DNA of 64,000 nucleotides from Podarcis tiliguerta. Its lineage: Eukaryota. Where the stretch lies: NCBI GenBank assembly GCA_965153285.1, contig OZ229112.1; one strand, written 5' to 3'. The notes below the pieces were generated by a model, which worked only from the letters and a program-made list of their open reading frames with translations, had not been told where the DNA came from and ran no database searches. Positions 14,418-26,658 of the stretch are shown here, piece after piece (the first letter of the stretch is position 1; each line of letters opens with the position of its first letter). A program made the translations under genes and the position numbers.

Positions 14418-14575
14418 CAGTGGAGTAGCGTGGGGGTGCAGGGGTGGCCGGCCGCACCGGGTGCAACATCTGAGGCGGGGGTGCGCTCGCACTCACAGCT
14501 CTCTGCCCCTACCGGGTTAGGGGGCGCAAATTACTTGCCTTGCCCCGGGTGCTGACAACCCACGGTACGCCACTG
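14418..14575. mobile_element. hAT MITE
   Basis: TIR CAGTGGAGTA / TACGCCACTG; TSD CTCAGTAA. Confidence 0.85.
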
Positions 14576-14579
14576 CTCA

Positions 14580-15148
<569 letters not shown>

Positions 15149-15162
15149 TTATTATCATTATC

Positions 15163-18145
15163 CCGCAATTTGATCGCTTTGTCAAGTGCCTCCCATTGTT
15201 CCTTTCTGTATAGGAATTTCTTGAGTTTTAGCGTGTTTTTATAATGAGAGCGCCACCTGTGCAGGTTTTCTATTGAGGACAGGGTCCCTTCCTGTTTTAC
15301 TTTATTTTGTAATTTCCTAAGCAAAGATCTTAGATTCCTACAGTCTTTGTCGAACCAGGTCCTCGAGTTGTTTAATTGTTTGGGAGGATTGGAGCTCGTA
15401 AGTAGTGGGAAGAGCGACTCTGAGACCTGCTGAAATATTGAAAAGGGATCAGAATTAGATAAAATACACTGGTCTCTCAAGGCCAGTAAGTCTGATGAAT
15501 GCAGGTGTTGTTTGATTTTAAAATCCAGGTCGCTGTTCCATTTACGTCTACGAAGGGCCAGAGTTAGAGGTGGGTCTGCACAGTGATTGCGGCATTGCGG
15601 GTCCTCCAAACCACGGGGAATTAGTGAAATTGATATAGGAAGATGATCACTCTCAATTCTATTGAAAGTGCTGAAGCCCTGTGACCTCTCCAAGAGTTTT
15701 GGGGAGACCAGGATATAATCAATAACGCTCGCACCTCTAGGCCCAAGAAAAGAAAAGAAACCCCCTGACCTGTCCATATGAGTACCATGCAAATTATACA
15801 AATTATGTTTGAAGGCAGTCTCCATTAATGTAATGCCTGCCTTATTCAAGACCTTGTCGTCAGAGGACCAGGGAATAAACCAATCTGCCTCTGGCAGGAA
15901 CTGAGATTTAGAGCAGTACGTATTAATGTTATTTCCTATCCTAGCGTTGAAATCACCTGCCAGCAGGATATCCATGCCAGGGAGTTCTAGTTCAGCCTTC
16001 TCCAAACATAGCTCTAAATCTTCCCAGATTTGTAACGAATGGGGAGGGGAGCCTATGGGAGGGATATATAAATTAAAGCAGAGAAAATCTCCTCCTTCCC
16101 TGCTAGAAACAAGTAAGATTTGTAAATTGTTACTTTTCACCCACTGCTGTTGCCGGGCCTTGCACTTTAGCTTAGTCGATATAAAAGTGACTAAACCACC
16201 ACTAGGTCGGCCTCGGGTATTTGATTTTAACGCGGGGGTAACAAAGGCTTCGTATCCCTGTAGAGAAGGGGCATGGAGATCTAAACACCACGTCTCCTGT
16301 AGACATATGATCTGAAATTTTGTAAGGAAATCCAGAAGGTCGACATCGCCCTGCTTAGATAGCCATCCCGCCACATTCCAAGATAGAATGTGGAAATAGG
16401 GTGATGGTGGAAATAGTGGCAGTCAATCTCTTTTCCGGTGGTTTGAGGCTCCTAAGTTGGGCTCCTCCTCTTTCTGCCCTGCTTGGTGGTTCCAGGTTTG
16501 AGGTCGCTGGACCCTAGGTAAGTGTGATGGCTTTAACCGAGGGGCCAGTTGGTTGATATGTCCCAGAGGATCTTCGATGGCATCGTTGCCGATATGATGT
16601 TCAGCAGGTTTTTGGAGAGCAAGGGTTTTGCCGACCCGTATAGTCTGTACAGGTAGCAGGTCAACAGCTGTATCTTGCGTCGGTACTGTTAGTGGGTCAA
16701 AAATTGACAAAAGCTGTGGATCTTGGTTGCGTATTGGGCTTGGAATAATGGAAGCCTCCAGTTCCGGCATCGAGGCATATGAGGTCGAGAGCATTTCAGA
16801 CTGGTCTTGCTTGGGTAGTCCAATGTCAGGCTCGTTGCACGTAGAGGCCAAGGTACCAAGCGGGGGGTGTAGGAAATCAATTAAGTCATTTGCGGGCAGG
16901 CTTGCCACTCCCTGTGGGGTAATAGATTTGCCCTTATTTGGGGTCCCCGGCTCCATTCCCCTGTCTATTTGTTCTTTGTGGCGCACAGGCCCAGCATCGT
17001 CACAGACAGCACCTGTCCTGGTGCGTAGTGGTGTACGGGTCAGGTTAGTGAATACCCTTGTGAAATAAATGTGCCATTTCCTTGTATGGTTTCTTAGTTT
17101 TAGAATCTTTGCAACGAGATGGGCAGATCTAAAGTTAATAACCATACGTCTCATGTAAGGTCCAGAAGGCAGCCATGTGATATCCGCGATATCTGCGCGG
17201 CGAAGTGCCTGCCCCAGCAGTTGGGTCAGGGAATTTATGACCGAATGTTTATCCGCCCATTTATTATAATTCAAGGGGTGGTTTCCCACCAGTACTGCAA
17301 GTTTGCTGGTCTGGAGTTGCAAACTTAAGTTTTGTACTTGGTTGGGCAGGCATCTCACTTGTTTTTGTGCAAGGTTGGCCTGCACACTTGGGCAGGGGTG
17401 TGCAGAGTTTACAGTGTTGTTAAGCTGAGGAAGTGAGGGGAGGCAGCGGAACAAGCCAAAAACATTTTCAAGCTTCTTTTCGATCCCATCCAGCCTTTTA
17501 TATAAGTTGGTGATGGTGTGTGTTATCAGCTCAGTCTGGCAAATTAGCAGTTCCAGTACCTCACGGTCCTTATTTAACTGGGCTGGTGGCTGGGATAGTT
17601 CAGGTGAAGTTTTTTGCAGGGACTCAAGAGTCTGTTCCCTCTGTTCCTTCATACACAGGCTCGAGGCTAGTTGTGGGCCATCCACAATGCCGGCAGGCTC
17701 CTCATGAGTAGTACTGGGAGCAAGAGCCTCATAACTGTTTGCTGTAGGGAAATTTCTACAGATCTCATTTAGGTCATTGTCAGGCAAGAAGTCCCTGATA
17801 TTTGTCTGTTTTTTGGCAGCACTCGTAGCTTCATTAGAAAGCTGCCTGCAGCGTTTCTTCCCTCTCATATCAGCAAGAAAATAGGGAGGGAATTTCTCAG
17901 AACTGCAGGTCAGGGCAGGTTGTGCTGTTAATGAGCCCTGCTCCCTTTAACAGTCTTTAACTTCCGCGTTTTCTTGAAAATTTATGAGAAAAGTAAAGAT
18001 AATCTGATCCATAAAACCATAGACTTCTAAAATAAACGCCTTAAGGCATCTTAGAGCCTTTAGGACCCGTCAAGGCAGATAGTCAAAACAAAGCTTTACC
18101 GGGCGTGGGACAAGGCTGCCGTTCACGTCGCCATCTTGATCCTCC
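15163..18145 (-). mobile_element. Two-ORF non-LTR retrotransposon (APE-type, RTE-X-like), 5'-intact and 3'-truncated
   Basis: 5' end GGAGGATCAAGATGGCG; intact ORF1 plus APE endonuclease ORF; 14-bp TSD TTATTATCATTATC at 15149-15162 and 18146-18159; no RT domain and no tail. Clade assignment is by motif recollection. Confidence 0.9.
16423..17868 (-). CDS. LINE ORF1 protein (481 aa)
   Basis: Uninterrupted ORF upstream of the endonuclease. It has a basic N-terminus, a predicted coiled coil (ELLICQTELITHTITNLYKRLDGIEKKLENV), an RRM-like segment (RRMVINFRSAHLVAKILKLRNH) and a Pro-rich C-terminus. Confidence 0.8.
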   Translation of the reverse strand: MRGKKRCRQLSNEATSAAKKQTNIRDFLPDNDLNEICRNFPTANSYEALAPSTTHEEPAGIVDGPQLASSLCMKEQREQTLESLQKTSPELSQPPAQLNKDREVLELLICQTELITHTITNLYKRLDGIEKKLENVFGLFRCLPSLPQLNNTVNSAHPCPSVQANLAQKQVRCLPNQVQNLSLQLQTSKLAVLVGNHPLNYNKWADKHSVINSLTQLLGQALRRADIADITWLPSGPYMRRMVINFRSAHLVAKILKLRNHTRKWHIYFTRVFTNLTRTPLRTRTGAVCDDAGPVRHKEQIDRGMEPGTPNKGKSITPQGVASLPANDLIDFLHPPLGTLASTCNEPDIGLPKQDQSEMLSTSYASMPELEASIIPSPIRNQDPQLLSIFDPLTVPTQDTAVDLLPVQTIRVGKTLALQKPAEHHIGNDAIEDPLGHINQLAPRLKPSHLPRVQRPQTWNHQAGQKEEEPNLGASNHRKRD

Positions 18146-18589
18146 TTATTATCATTATCATTATTATTACCATATCATTTAGCAGTTTGTGGGGGGCGGC
18201 GGCAGTGCTTACACTTGTATGGTTATTATTTTTTCTATGCATCTCAAACCAACATGTTGCCATTTTAAGATGTAACCTCCATTTTGGAGAGTGGGAAAGC
18301 TCTTTGTCTGTCCGTGTTTGTTTGAGCTATTAGCCTGTCAGAAGCAAATTTGTGGGATTTGTATTACTTTCTTCTGTAGCTGCATGTAATACTGTGTTGA
18401 TATTGCAAGTACCACATGGGAATTCTTAGCTAACTGGTCTAATGGGGGGAGGGGAGAATTCTGTTTCCTCTCTATGTCCTTATTCCTGCTTAGATAACTG
18501 TATATTAAGCACCTTTGTAGTAGGTGTTACGTGTCTGACCAGCACAGCCACAGATTGTGCAGTGCCACTCTGGGTGGTTTTCTTCTAAA

Positions 18590-19740
18590 TATTATGCAAG
18601 AGTTAGTTGTTGGCCTCCATTGCTCTTGAGGGACAATGGAAGAGTCCACCACTGAGGGTTAAGTCAAACTGTTGGAGAGTTACAGTGCCAGCTGTAGCTG
18701 CTGAGACTGATACAGCAGAGACATATCTTATTGCAGCTGGGGCAAATGAAGGCATCCAGTTTTGCTGTTATGGATGCACCATAGCATTTCTTCTCTCTGG
18801 GCTACTCCCAGAAGTCATTCCTTCTGTGGCCATTGATGTGGATACACAACCTGACTGTCTCCAGGCACTGTGGTCATCTGCAAGGAATTTCCACGGCAAG
18901 GTTGGTGTTGCCTTCATTTCACATTTGCAGACATCTTTATAAGCAGAGTTGGTCTGCCAACAGGCATGGTGCCTCAAGCCAACTCCCCGTAAAGCACATC
19001 CTTGGGGATCCTGCCATCTGCCACTCTGTGTACATGACCAAGCCAGCTTAGACATCTCTGAGACATAAGTGCGAACATACTGGGAATGTGAGCTTGGAAG
19101 AGCACATCTTTGTTTGAGACTCTGTCCTACCATGTGCTGCCCAAAATCTTCCTGATGCAGCACATACGGAAGGCATTGAGGCGTTGCTCCTGGCGGGTAG
19201 TGAGTCATTGCCTATGACTCATTTCCATAAAGCAGCATGCTCAGCACACAAGCCTGGTAGATCTTCATCTTGGGAGTTGTTAGCATCACATTCCTCCATA
19301 CCCTTTTGGAAAGATGAGCCATTGCCTTCACTACCTTGCCAATATGCTTGTACAGCTCAGTGTCAATGGAAGTTGCTGGTTATGCTACAGCCCAGGTAGA
19401 CAAAATTGTCAACCACCTTAAGCATGTGGTCACCCATGCTGCTGTGTGGAGTGCTGGCAATATCATGAGCCAAGATGTTGGTCTTCATCAGGCTGATGGT
19501 GAGGCCAAACTCCAAGCAGGCTTGGGCAAAGTGGTTGATGAGTCTCTGTAGAGCTTCCTCAGAGTGTGCTGTGAAGGCTGCGTCATCTGCAAACAACATC
19601 TCTTGGATGAGAACCACTGCACATTTGTCTTGGTGTGGAGACATGCCAGATGGAACAGACCCCTGTCGCTTCTTGAATGGAAGCACATACCATCTTCAGT
19701 CAAACTGAAGGCATATCAGAGCAATAGAGAGAAGAATATT
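18590..19740 (-). mobile_element. Degraded RTE LINE (RT fragments)
   Basis: QEMLFADDAAFTAHSEEALQRLINHFAQACLEFGLTISLMKTN RT motif with frameshifts. Confidence 0.8.
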
Positions 19741-19764
19741 CCAAAGAGACCCACTGAAATTAGG

Positions 19765-19890
19765 GTTAAGGTAAAGGGACCCCTGACCATTAGGTCCAGT
19801 CGTGGCCAACTCTGGGGTTGCGGCGCTCATCTCGCTTTATTGGCTGAGGGAGCCGGCGTACAGCTTCCGGGTCATGTGGCTAGCACGACT
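19765..19890 (-). mobile_element. Sauria SINE 3' fragment
   Basis: AAGGTAAAGGGACCCCTGACC... is the reverse complement of the SINE tail. Confidence 0.7.
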
Positions 19891-20030
19891 AAGGATCCAT
19901 TAATTTCAGTGGGCCTTCTCTGAGTAAAACTTAGTTGACTACCACCCTGTGACACTGGAGTCTCTATTCATCATGTTTCATGCATATCTGGTATCCTTCT
20001 CTCACGCATATGATTCCTTTGAACTTAACA

Positions 20031-20280
20031 AGAGCCAGTATGGTGTAGTGGTTAAGAGCGGTAGTCACGTAATCTGGGGAACCGGGTTCACGTCTCCGCT
20101 CCTCCACATGCAGCAGCTGGGTGAGCTTGGGCTAGTCACACTTCTTTGAAGTCTCCCAGCCTCACTCACCTCACAGAGTGTTTGTTGTGGGGGAGGAAGG
20201 GGAAGGAGAATGTTAGCCGCTTTGAGACTCCTTCGGGTAACGATGAAGTGGGATACCAAATCCAAACTCTTCTTCTTCCT
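20031..20280 (+). mobile_element. tRNA-derived SINE with (CTT)n tail (Squam2-like)
   Basis: TGGTGTAGTGG A-box and GGTTC B-box; second copy at 22759-23004. Confidence 0.75.
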
Positions 20281-21946
20281 CCCATCTTTTTTAGGGGGAG
20301 CAACTGCTACCCTGATAGTGATTGCAGAGGTTTTAAGGAACCATGCTCTGTTCCTGACACCTTATCACAGTGTCAGCCTGTTCTGACTAGGACCGATTGA
20401 TCCTCTGTTGAAAAAAACAGGCACATCCAGAAAGCAGGTAACCAAAGAATCTATAAATTGCTCAAACTAATACTTTGTGACTAGTTATTTTAGACGGGGG
20501 TGGCTGGTTTACTGAAATGTTTCAGTAACACAATTTTAAAATGATTTATTTAGCACCTGGATAGGCTCTGGCTTCAGCACGTTTGCTGTTAGCCTTTACG
20601 GCAAAGGGCTGTGCTTCATTTCCCAGCCATGTGTTTGGGAAGCCAATTACAATTCATGTACTTGAAAAGGAAAAACTGCTGTCAGTCTTTACAGATGCAC
20701 GCCTTGCATTTTAAAGAAAAAATCAAGGAGGTCTAGCATAATGCTAGTTTTTCCAAACCATTCATCTTCTTCTACTTTTCCATTACTGTCCCTAGGGTAA
20801 GGAAGCAGCCACCATGTTTTGATGAATAACCTGAGAAATGCTTATACCAGCCTTTCTCAACTTGGTGCCCTCCAGAGGTTTATGGGACTCCAACTCCCAT
20901 CAGCCCCAGCTAGCATGGCCAATAGTCAGAGATGATGGTGGCTGTAGTTCAAAGCATGGGGAAGGCACAAAGTTAAAAAGGTTGTTTTGTATCACTATTA
21001 TGTCTCCGTGACTAGGCATAAGACTGCACTCAACTTCCATTGAAACTTCTTTGAGTTCCAAGAATAAAGCTCTGTTATTTCTTATGCATCTTTCATCTCA
21101 AATGTCAGCCCAGCAGGCAGGCAGTAGGGATGCTTTTTTGGTGGTGTTGATGATGACACATGGAAGCAGCTGTCCCTCAAACAGAGAACAGTGTGACGAT
21201 CAGGTGTGGGTAGGTGTGAATGGAAAAAATCATAAGCAATTACATAGTTCCCTGAATTTGTCAAAAAACAGCATGTGCTATAGAACTGGCTCAGAGAAAG
21301 TGTTAGGCAGACTTTGAGCTGCGTAACAATGTATAAAAAGGATTTGAAGGCAGCTAGACATCTGCAGCATTCATTAAATTTATGACTTCTAAGAATTATG
21401 TTGACATGAATGATGAGCAATAAAAGAATACACTCTCTGTTCAACCTTCTTCCAATACTTCTGAGCAAAATGATGAAAAGACAGTTTTATCAGCAAAGGT
21501 TTACTGAGTTATAACTTAGTTTTTCAAATGATTTAAAACAACATTATTCCACTGACAGGCAAGACTTGACAGCACTTTATTAGAACTGTACAGCAACAGC
21601 CATGGACAGCCTAGCAATTAATACTAAATATAAATTGCTTTTAGTCCCAAGTATTAGTATTTAGGAGCAGCTGACTCATTTCTTAAATAAGTTCTTGTTT
21701 TAGTTGCATGATCAATGCATTCAGCAAATGTTTGTGTAATTCAGTAAAAAATATTGCTAGGATGTCAATTTTTATCTTACAGGGAATAAGATGTTGAATA
21801 TTTCAGCCACACTCACTCTGCTAATCAATAAGAGGATATCGGTAACCTAGCTATATTTAGCATCAGACATTTTTATTTTTCTCTGCTGATTGAGATTCAT
21901 AGAGTAGTGCTATAGCTGGACCCAAATGTGCTCAGTTTTAGACATA

Positions 21947-22277
21947 CCGTATTGGCCTGAATATAAGCCTCACTTTCCCCCCAAATTCTGACCATGAAAA
22001 GTTAAAGTGCGGCTTATATTTGCGACCTTACAGTATGCAGCCAGGAGCAAACAGCGCCCCGCGCATAGTCCTCCATCCTCTCCCTCAAGGCCAGGAAGGG
22101 AGACAGTGAGGAAGGGGAAAGGCCGCTGGCAATGCAGCGCAGCTCCCCCCCCCCCCCCATATGCAGCCTGGAATGGAGTGGCTTATATTTGTGTCTTTTT
22201 TCTTTTTTCTCCCCCCTCCCTCCAATTTTAAAGGTGTGGCTTATATTCGGGTGCGTCTTATGTTCAGGCCAATATGA
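21947..22277. mobile_element. Tc2/pogo-like MITE
   Basis: TIR CCGTATTGGCCTGAATATAAG / CTTATGTTCAGGCCAATATGA, flanked by TA. Confidence 0.75.
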
Positions 22278-22758
22278 TATTTCCTGTCAATTATTCCACA
22301 TGCTCACTGCTGCTCAACAAATAACACTGCTGATCTGAACAACTGGAGGCTCATTGTGATGCTGAATACTAACCTAGCAAAGCCTAGGTGTTCCACCTGC
22401 AATTTGAGATGATTATTTCACTTTCTCTGTAACAAACCTACAGTACATCATCCCAGACATGAAACATGAAACTAGGAGAAACACCAACAGTCTGAAATGG
22501 TGCTATATAGGAAGACTATGTCTACCGTCTGCTTCTTCCTCACATTAGAATATGGCAGGATTGCCTTGATGCTGCTACTTCATCCAGAGACTGATGTAAA
22601 TTGCAGCTGGTACATTGTTGTCAGGATGGAGCACAGGAAGACAGGAAGTAGCCTTATACTGAGTGAGGCATTGGTCAGGCAACATGAGAACAGGCCTTTT
22701 CTGTGGTGGCTCCGCACTTGTGGAATGCTCTCCCCAAGGAGGCTCACCAAGTGCCTTT

Positions 22759-23004
22759 GAGAGCCAGTGTGGTGTAGTGGTTAAGAGCGGTAGACTCGTA
22801 ATCTGGGGAACCGGGTTCGTGTCTCCGCTCCTCCACATGCAGCTGCTGGGTGACCTTGGGCTAGTCACATTTCTCTGAAGTCTCTCAGCCTCACTCACCT
22901 CATGGAGTGTTTGTTGTGGGGGAGGAAGGGAAAGGAGAATGTTAGCCGCTTTGAGACTCATCAGGGTAGTGATAAAGCGGGATATCAAATCCAAAGTTTT
23001 CTTC
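22759..23004 (+). mobile_element. tRNA-derived SINE (Squam2-like) inserted in an old L2
   Basis: Highly similar to 20031-20280; flanked by L2-like sequence (22540-23220). Confidence 0.75.
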
Positions 23005-23178
23005 TATCTTTAGGAGCCAGGCAAAAACATTCCTCTTCCCCCCAGGCCTTTGGCTGCTTAAGCAAACTATGGCCTTTTAACCTGTGGGAGGTATTGTTTT
23101 TGTTTGTGGTTATAGTATGCATTTTTGTGTTTTTATGTTGTGGAACACCCTGGGATCATTGGATGAGGGCATTATAGA

Positions 23179-23220
<42 letters not shown>

Positions 23221-23322
23221 TTATGTTTTGTAGGCAGCAGCAATAACATTGCAATTATTTAGCAACCGAGAAATTTTGGAAACGATCACCAAGACTTATT
23301 TAGTAGACTGAAGGCATTTTTA

Positions 23323-23451
<129 letters not shown>

Positions 23452-23908
23452 TTATGCAAGGGTGGTAGCCTGTTCTCTCTTCCAAAATGGAAGGAGTAAT
23501 GAGTAACATTAGCCAAAGTAGTACATAATTGTCCAGTTTTTTGTTCCCGAAACATCACCAAGGAACCCTTGGAGCCAGGATCAGATCCTTACTCCAGGTT
23601 CTGCCTGGTGAGTCCTCAACCCCTCAGGGAGGAAAGGACCCCCCCCCCCCAATCACAAAGTCCCTGCAGTAATATAAATTGTAAATTCCGTCTGCTATCC
23701 CTGGGCTCGCCACCAAGGCTGGAAGCTCAGACATCCTTCCACACCTAACCCTTTCTCTCAGTTCTTTCTCTTATGGCTCTCACTCTGTCTCCTTGTTTTA
23801 TCTCTATAACCCCATATAAATAAGTATTCTTCTCTGCTGGCTTTGCTGGGGCAGAGGCTCTGTCCTTCTTTGCTCCTTAATTTCTCCTTCGTTCAATAAT
23901 AATAAGAA

Positions 23909-24480
23909 GGGCCACAGCTCAGTGGTACAATCCCCAGCACCTCCAGGTAGGGCTGGGAAAGAAGCCTGCCTATAACCCTGGAGAGCCACGTTCAATTAGG
24001 GCAGACAGTACTGAGTTAGATCAACCAATGGCTTTGTCACGGTCCGGCTTACGGGCGGTCGAAGTCCTGGCTGAGGATGTTGGGACTGGGGGCAAGACGG
24101 CGGGGTGGGAGCAGCAATAGGAGCTAGGAAGCCAGGAGTCAGGAAGCCAAGGGTCTGAGGGTCAGAGAGCCGGGAGTCCAGAAGCCAAGGGTCCGAGGGT
24201 CAGGAAGCAAGGAGTCAAGAAGCCAAACACAGCAAGGCAGGAAGCGTGTTGCTGTGGCAAAGAGCCAAAGGGAAATGCTGACCTTATATCCCTTCCCGGC
24301 TCTTGCCACCAGGTGCTGTGAGTTACCAATCAGCTTCACCTGTGCGGCTGCGCCTTACCTCTTCAGAACAAACTTAGGAAAGCCCCAGTTCTGCAAAGCC
24401 CTACTGGGCACAGCGCCTGGCTCCTGCATGCACTCCTGACAGGCTTGCCTTGGTATTAGGCAACTTCCTATAGTCCTATG
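23909..24480 (+). mobile_element. Degraded tRNA-derived SINE (Squam3-like) interrupted by a solo LTR
   Basis: GGGCCACAGCTCAGTGGTA head and AGGCAACTTCCTA tail; related minus-strand copies at ~52676-52850 and ~63190-63345. Confidence 0.6.
24035..24441 (-). mobile_element. Solo LTR (Gypsy-like)
   Basis: TGTCA...TGACA termini; perfect 5-bp TSD GGCTT; TATA-like GATATAAGG on the - strand; internal tandem repeats. Confidence 0.85.
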
Positions 24481-24734
24481 TAGTGGGAGCAAACCCTTTT
24501 TTGTATTTGACTCTACATTGTGTGTGTGTGTGTGTGTGTATTACTTTATAATGTTATGGTATTCATTGTGTGTTTGAATGATATTTGGGGGAATGTTAGT
24601 TAATGCTGATGTTTGCTTTTTTCTGAGAATTACCTATTTGTTTATACTTTATAGCATGTACTATATCTTCTTTAGTATTATAAAAAGACAAAAATCTTCA
24701 AATGACTGTTGAGATTGTAAACATGAAATTTCAT

Positions 24735-24931
24735 TTAAAAATTAAAAAATTGACCAGTAGCACCTTGGAGACCAACTAAGTTTGTTCTGGGTATAAGCTT
24801 TTGTGAAGTGTGCATGCACACGAAAACTTATACCCAGAACAAACTTAGTTGGTCTCTAAAGTGCTACTGGACATTTTTAAATTTTTAAAATTTATTTCGA
24901 CTGCATCAGACCAATACGGCTACCTACCTGA
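24735..24931. mobile_element. Penelope-like pLTR fragment as an inverted duplication
   Basis: Inverted arms of ~70 bp around GAAGTGTGCATGCACACGAAA; 12-bp TSD ATGAAATTTCAT at 24723-24734 and 24932-24943; single-arm relative at ~2470-2560. Confidence 0.7.
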
Positions 24932-25177
24932 ATGAAATTTCATGTCACTTCTAAGGTGTACAAGAAAGAAACCAATATTTCAGACCAACAGTGCGTCCTA
25001 ATTTGCAAGATAGTTGTATGAAAGATCACTTTGGTAGGCTTTAGATAACTAATTTTGATTTCATTAAAAAAACCCCACAGCTCATATAACTCACAATTCC
25101 TTTAAAGTTTTCAATTTGACTTAACCCATACGTGTGACTATCTGTATGAAAATAATATATAGTACAATAAGGACTTA

Positions 25178-25348
<171 letters not shown>

Positions 25349-25490
25349 CTACATATATAAGAAACTGAGCTCAAATGGAATATAAATTATAATCTCTATA
25401 CCAAGTAAATAATTTGAAATGGGATTCTTCATGGTTTGCTCTAACCGTAGCCTACTGATGTCAAGGAAAATCTGGCCCATTGTTCTATAC

Positions 25491-25602
25491 CAGGTATCCC
25501 CAAACTCAGCCCTCCAGCTGTTTTGAGACTACAACTCCCATCATCCCTAGCTAACAGGACCAGTGGTCAGGGATGATGGAGGGCTGAGTTTGGGGATGCC
25601 TG
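25491..25602. mobile_element. Palindromic hAT MITE (internally deleted)
   Basis: Same family; TSD TTCTATAC; lies in the short WDR64 intron 7. Confidence 0.88.
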
Positions 25603-25724
25603 TTCTATACAATATTTATGTTCTCTTTGTGTCAAGAAGTGTGGAAACTTCCCATCATGGGCTCTATTTAAAAACGATAACTTTCAGTCTCAATTATGAG
25701 AATTGTCAAAGTATCTGGACTTAC

Positions 25725-25942
25725 CTTTTGAATTTCCTAGAATCGATAACCATAATTTGTGCTTTCTTTTTAGCTTTAGATTGCTTTAGGCCGAAGTCAT
25801 CGCTGGTCATGGTATACATATTTACGTATCCCCCGTCATCCCCCAGTAAGATGTCATCCTTCACTAGGAGTTCTGCTGGTCGCTGAACAGCGCAAACACA
25901 AATAACGCAATGTTCCACGGGCTTGATGATAAAACAATTGTC
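25725..25942 (-). CDS. WDR64: WDR64 exon 7
   Basis: TCATAG|...|GTAAGT; DNCFIIKPVEHCVICVC...DDILLGDDGGYVNMYTMTSDDFGLKQSKAKKK; 218 nt. Confidence 0.95.
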
Positions 25943-26615
25943 CTATGAAATAAAGCAGATTGTCGATTAGATGTTTTGGCATTTATTCTATTAATCCACC
26001 AATAAGTATTCTTGCCTTAAAGATGCTATTCAGAAAATTATGTGAGAAGATAGTTCAAAAGTTCTGGCTGCAACCTGTGAGATATATATCCTAGCTTGTC
26101 AAATATGCCTAGGTAGTACACAAACCTTTTCAAACAGGTTCAATTTCTGCCATGCTGCCAAAAGCAACTGGCATTCCTTAATTAACTCTTCATAGTTATT
26201 TTTGCAGCATTCCTGAAGGTCTTGTGTTACGTAATTCTATAAGTAATGCACTATTTTAGTAGACCAAATATCCCTTTGTTCCCCCCACCCCTCCTTTCCA
26301 GTATCTACTCCTATGATTTCTGTTTTTGCTTTATTTGTTTATATGCAGCCACACTTCCACATTCGTTTCTCTGGTGCTGTTGAAGACTGCATAGGATTTG
26401 CTACAGTTAACACGGTATTATCTGTGTAGAGCTTTATTTTTTGCTGTTTTATTTATCTGTATCCCTTTAATCTCTTGATTCTCCTTTATCTCAGCAGCTA
26501 GTGGCTCAATGGCGGAAACAAATAATAAAAGGGACAGAGGATGTGCTTGCCTTGTCCCTTGAAATAAATATACTTGATAATATGCCATTCACAAAAACGT
26601 CTGCTTTACAATCAG

Positions 26616-26616
<1 letters not shown>

Positions 26617-26658
<42 letters not shown>

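Noticed and set aside
15926-17707. Antisense ORFs over the LINE
   Set aside because: Shadow ORFs of the coding strand with no independent support.
24125-24230. Spaced direct repeats (GAAGCCAAGGGTC/GGAGTC) resembling a CRISPR array
   Set aside because: Irregular tandem repeats inside a solo LTR in a vertebrate genome; no unique spacers or cas genes.
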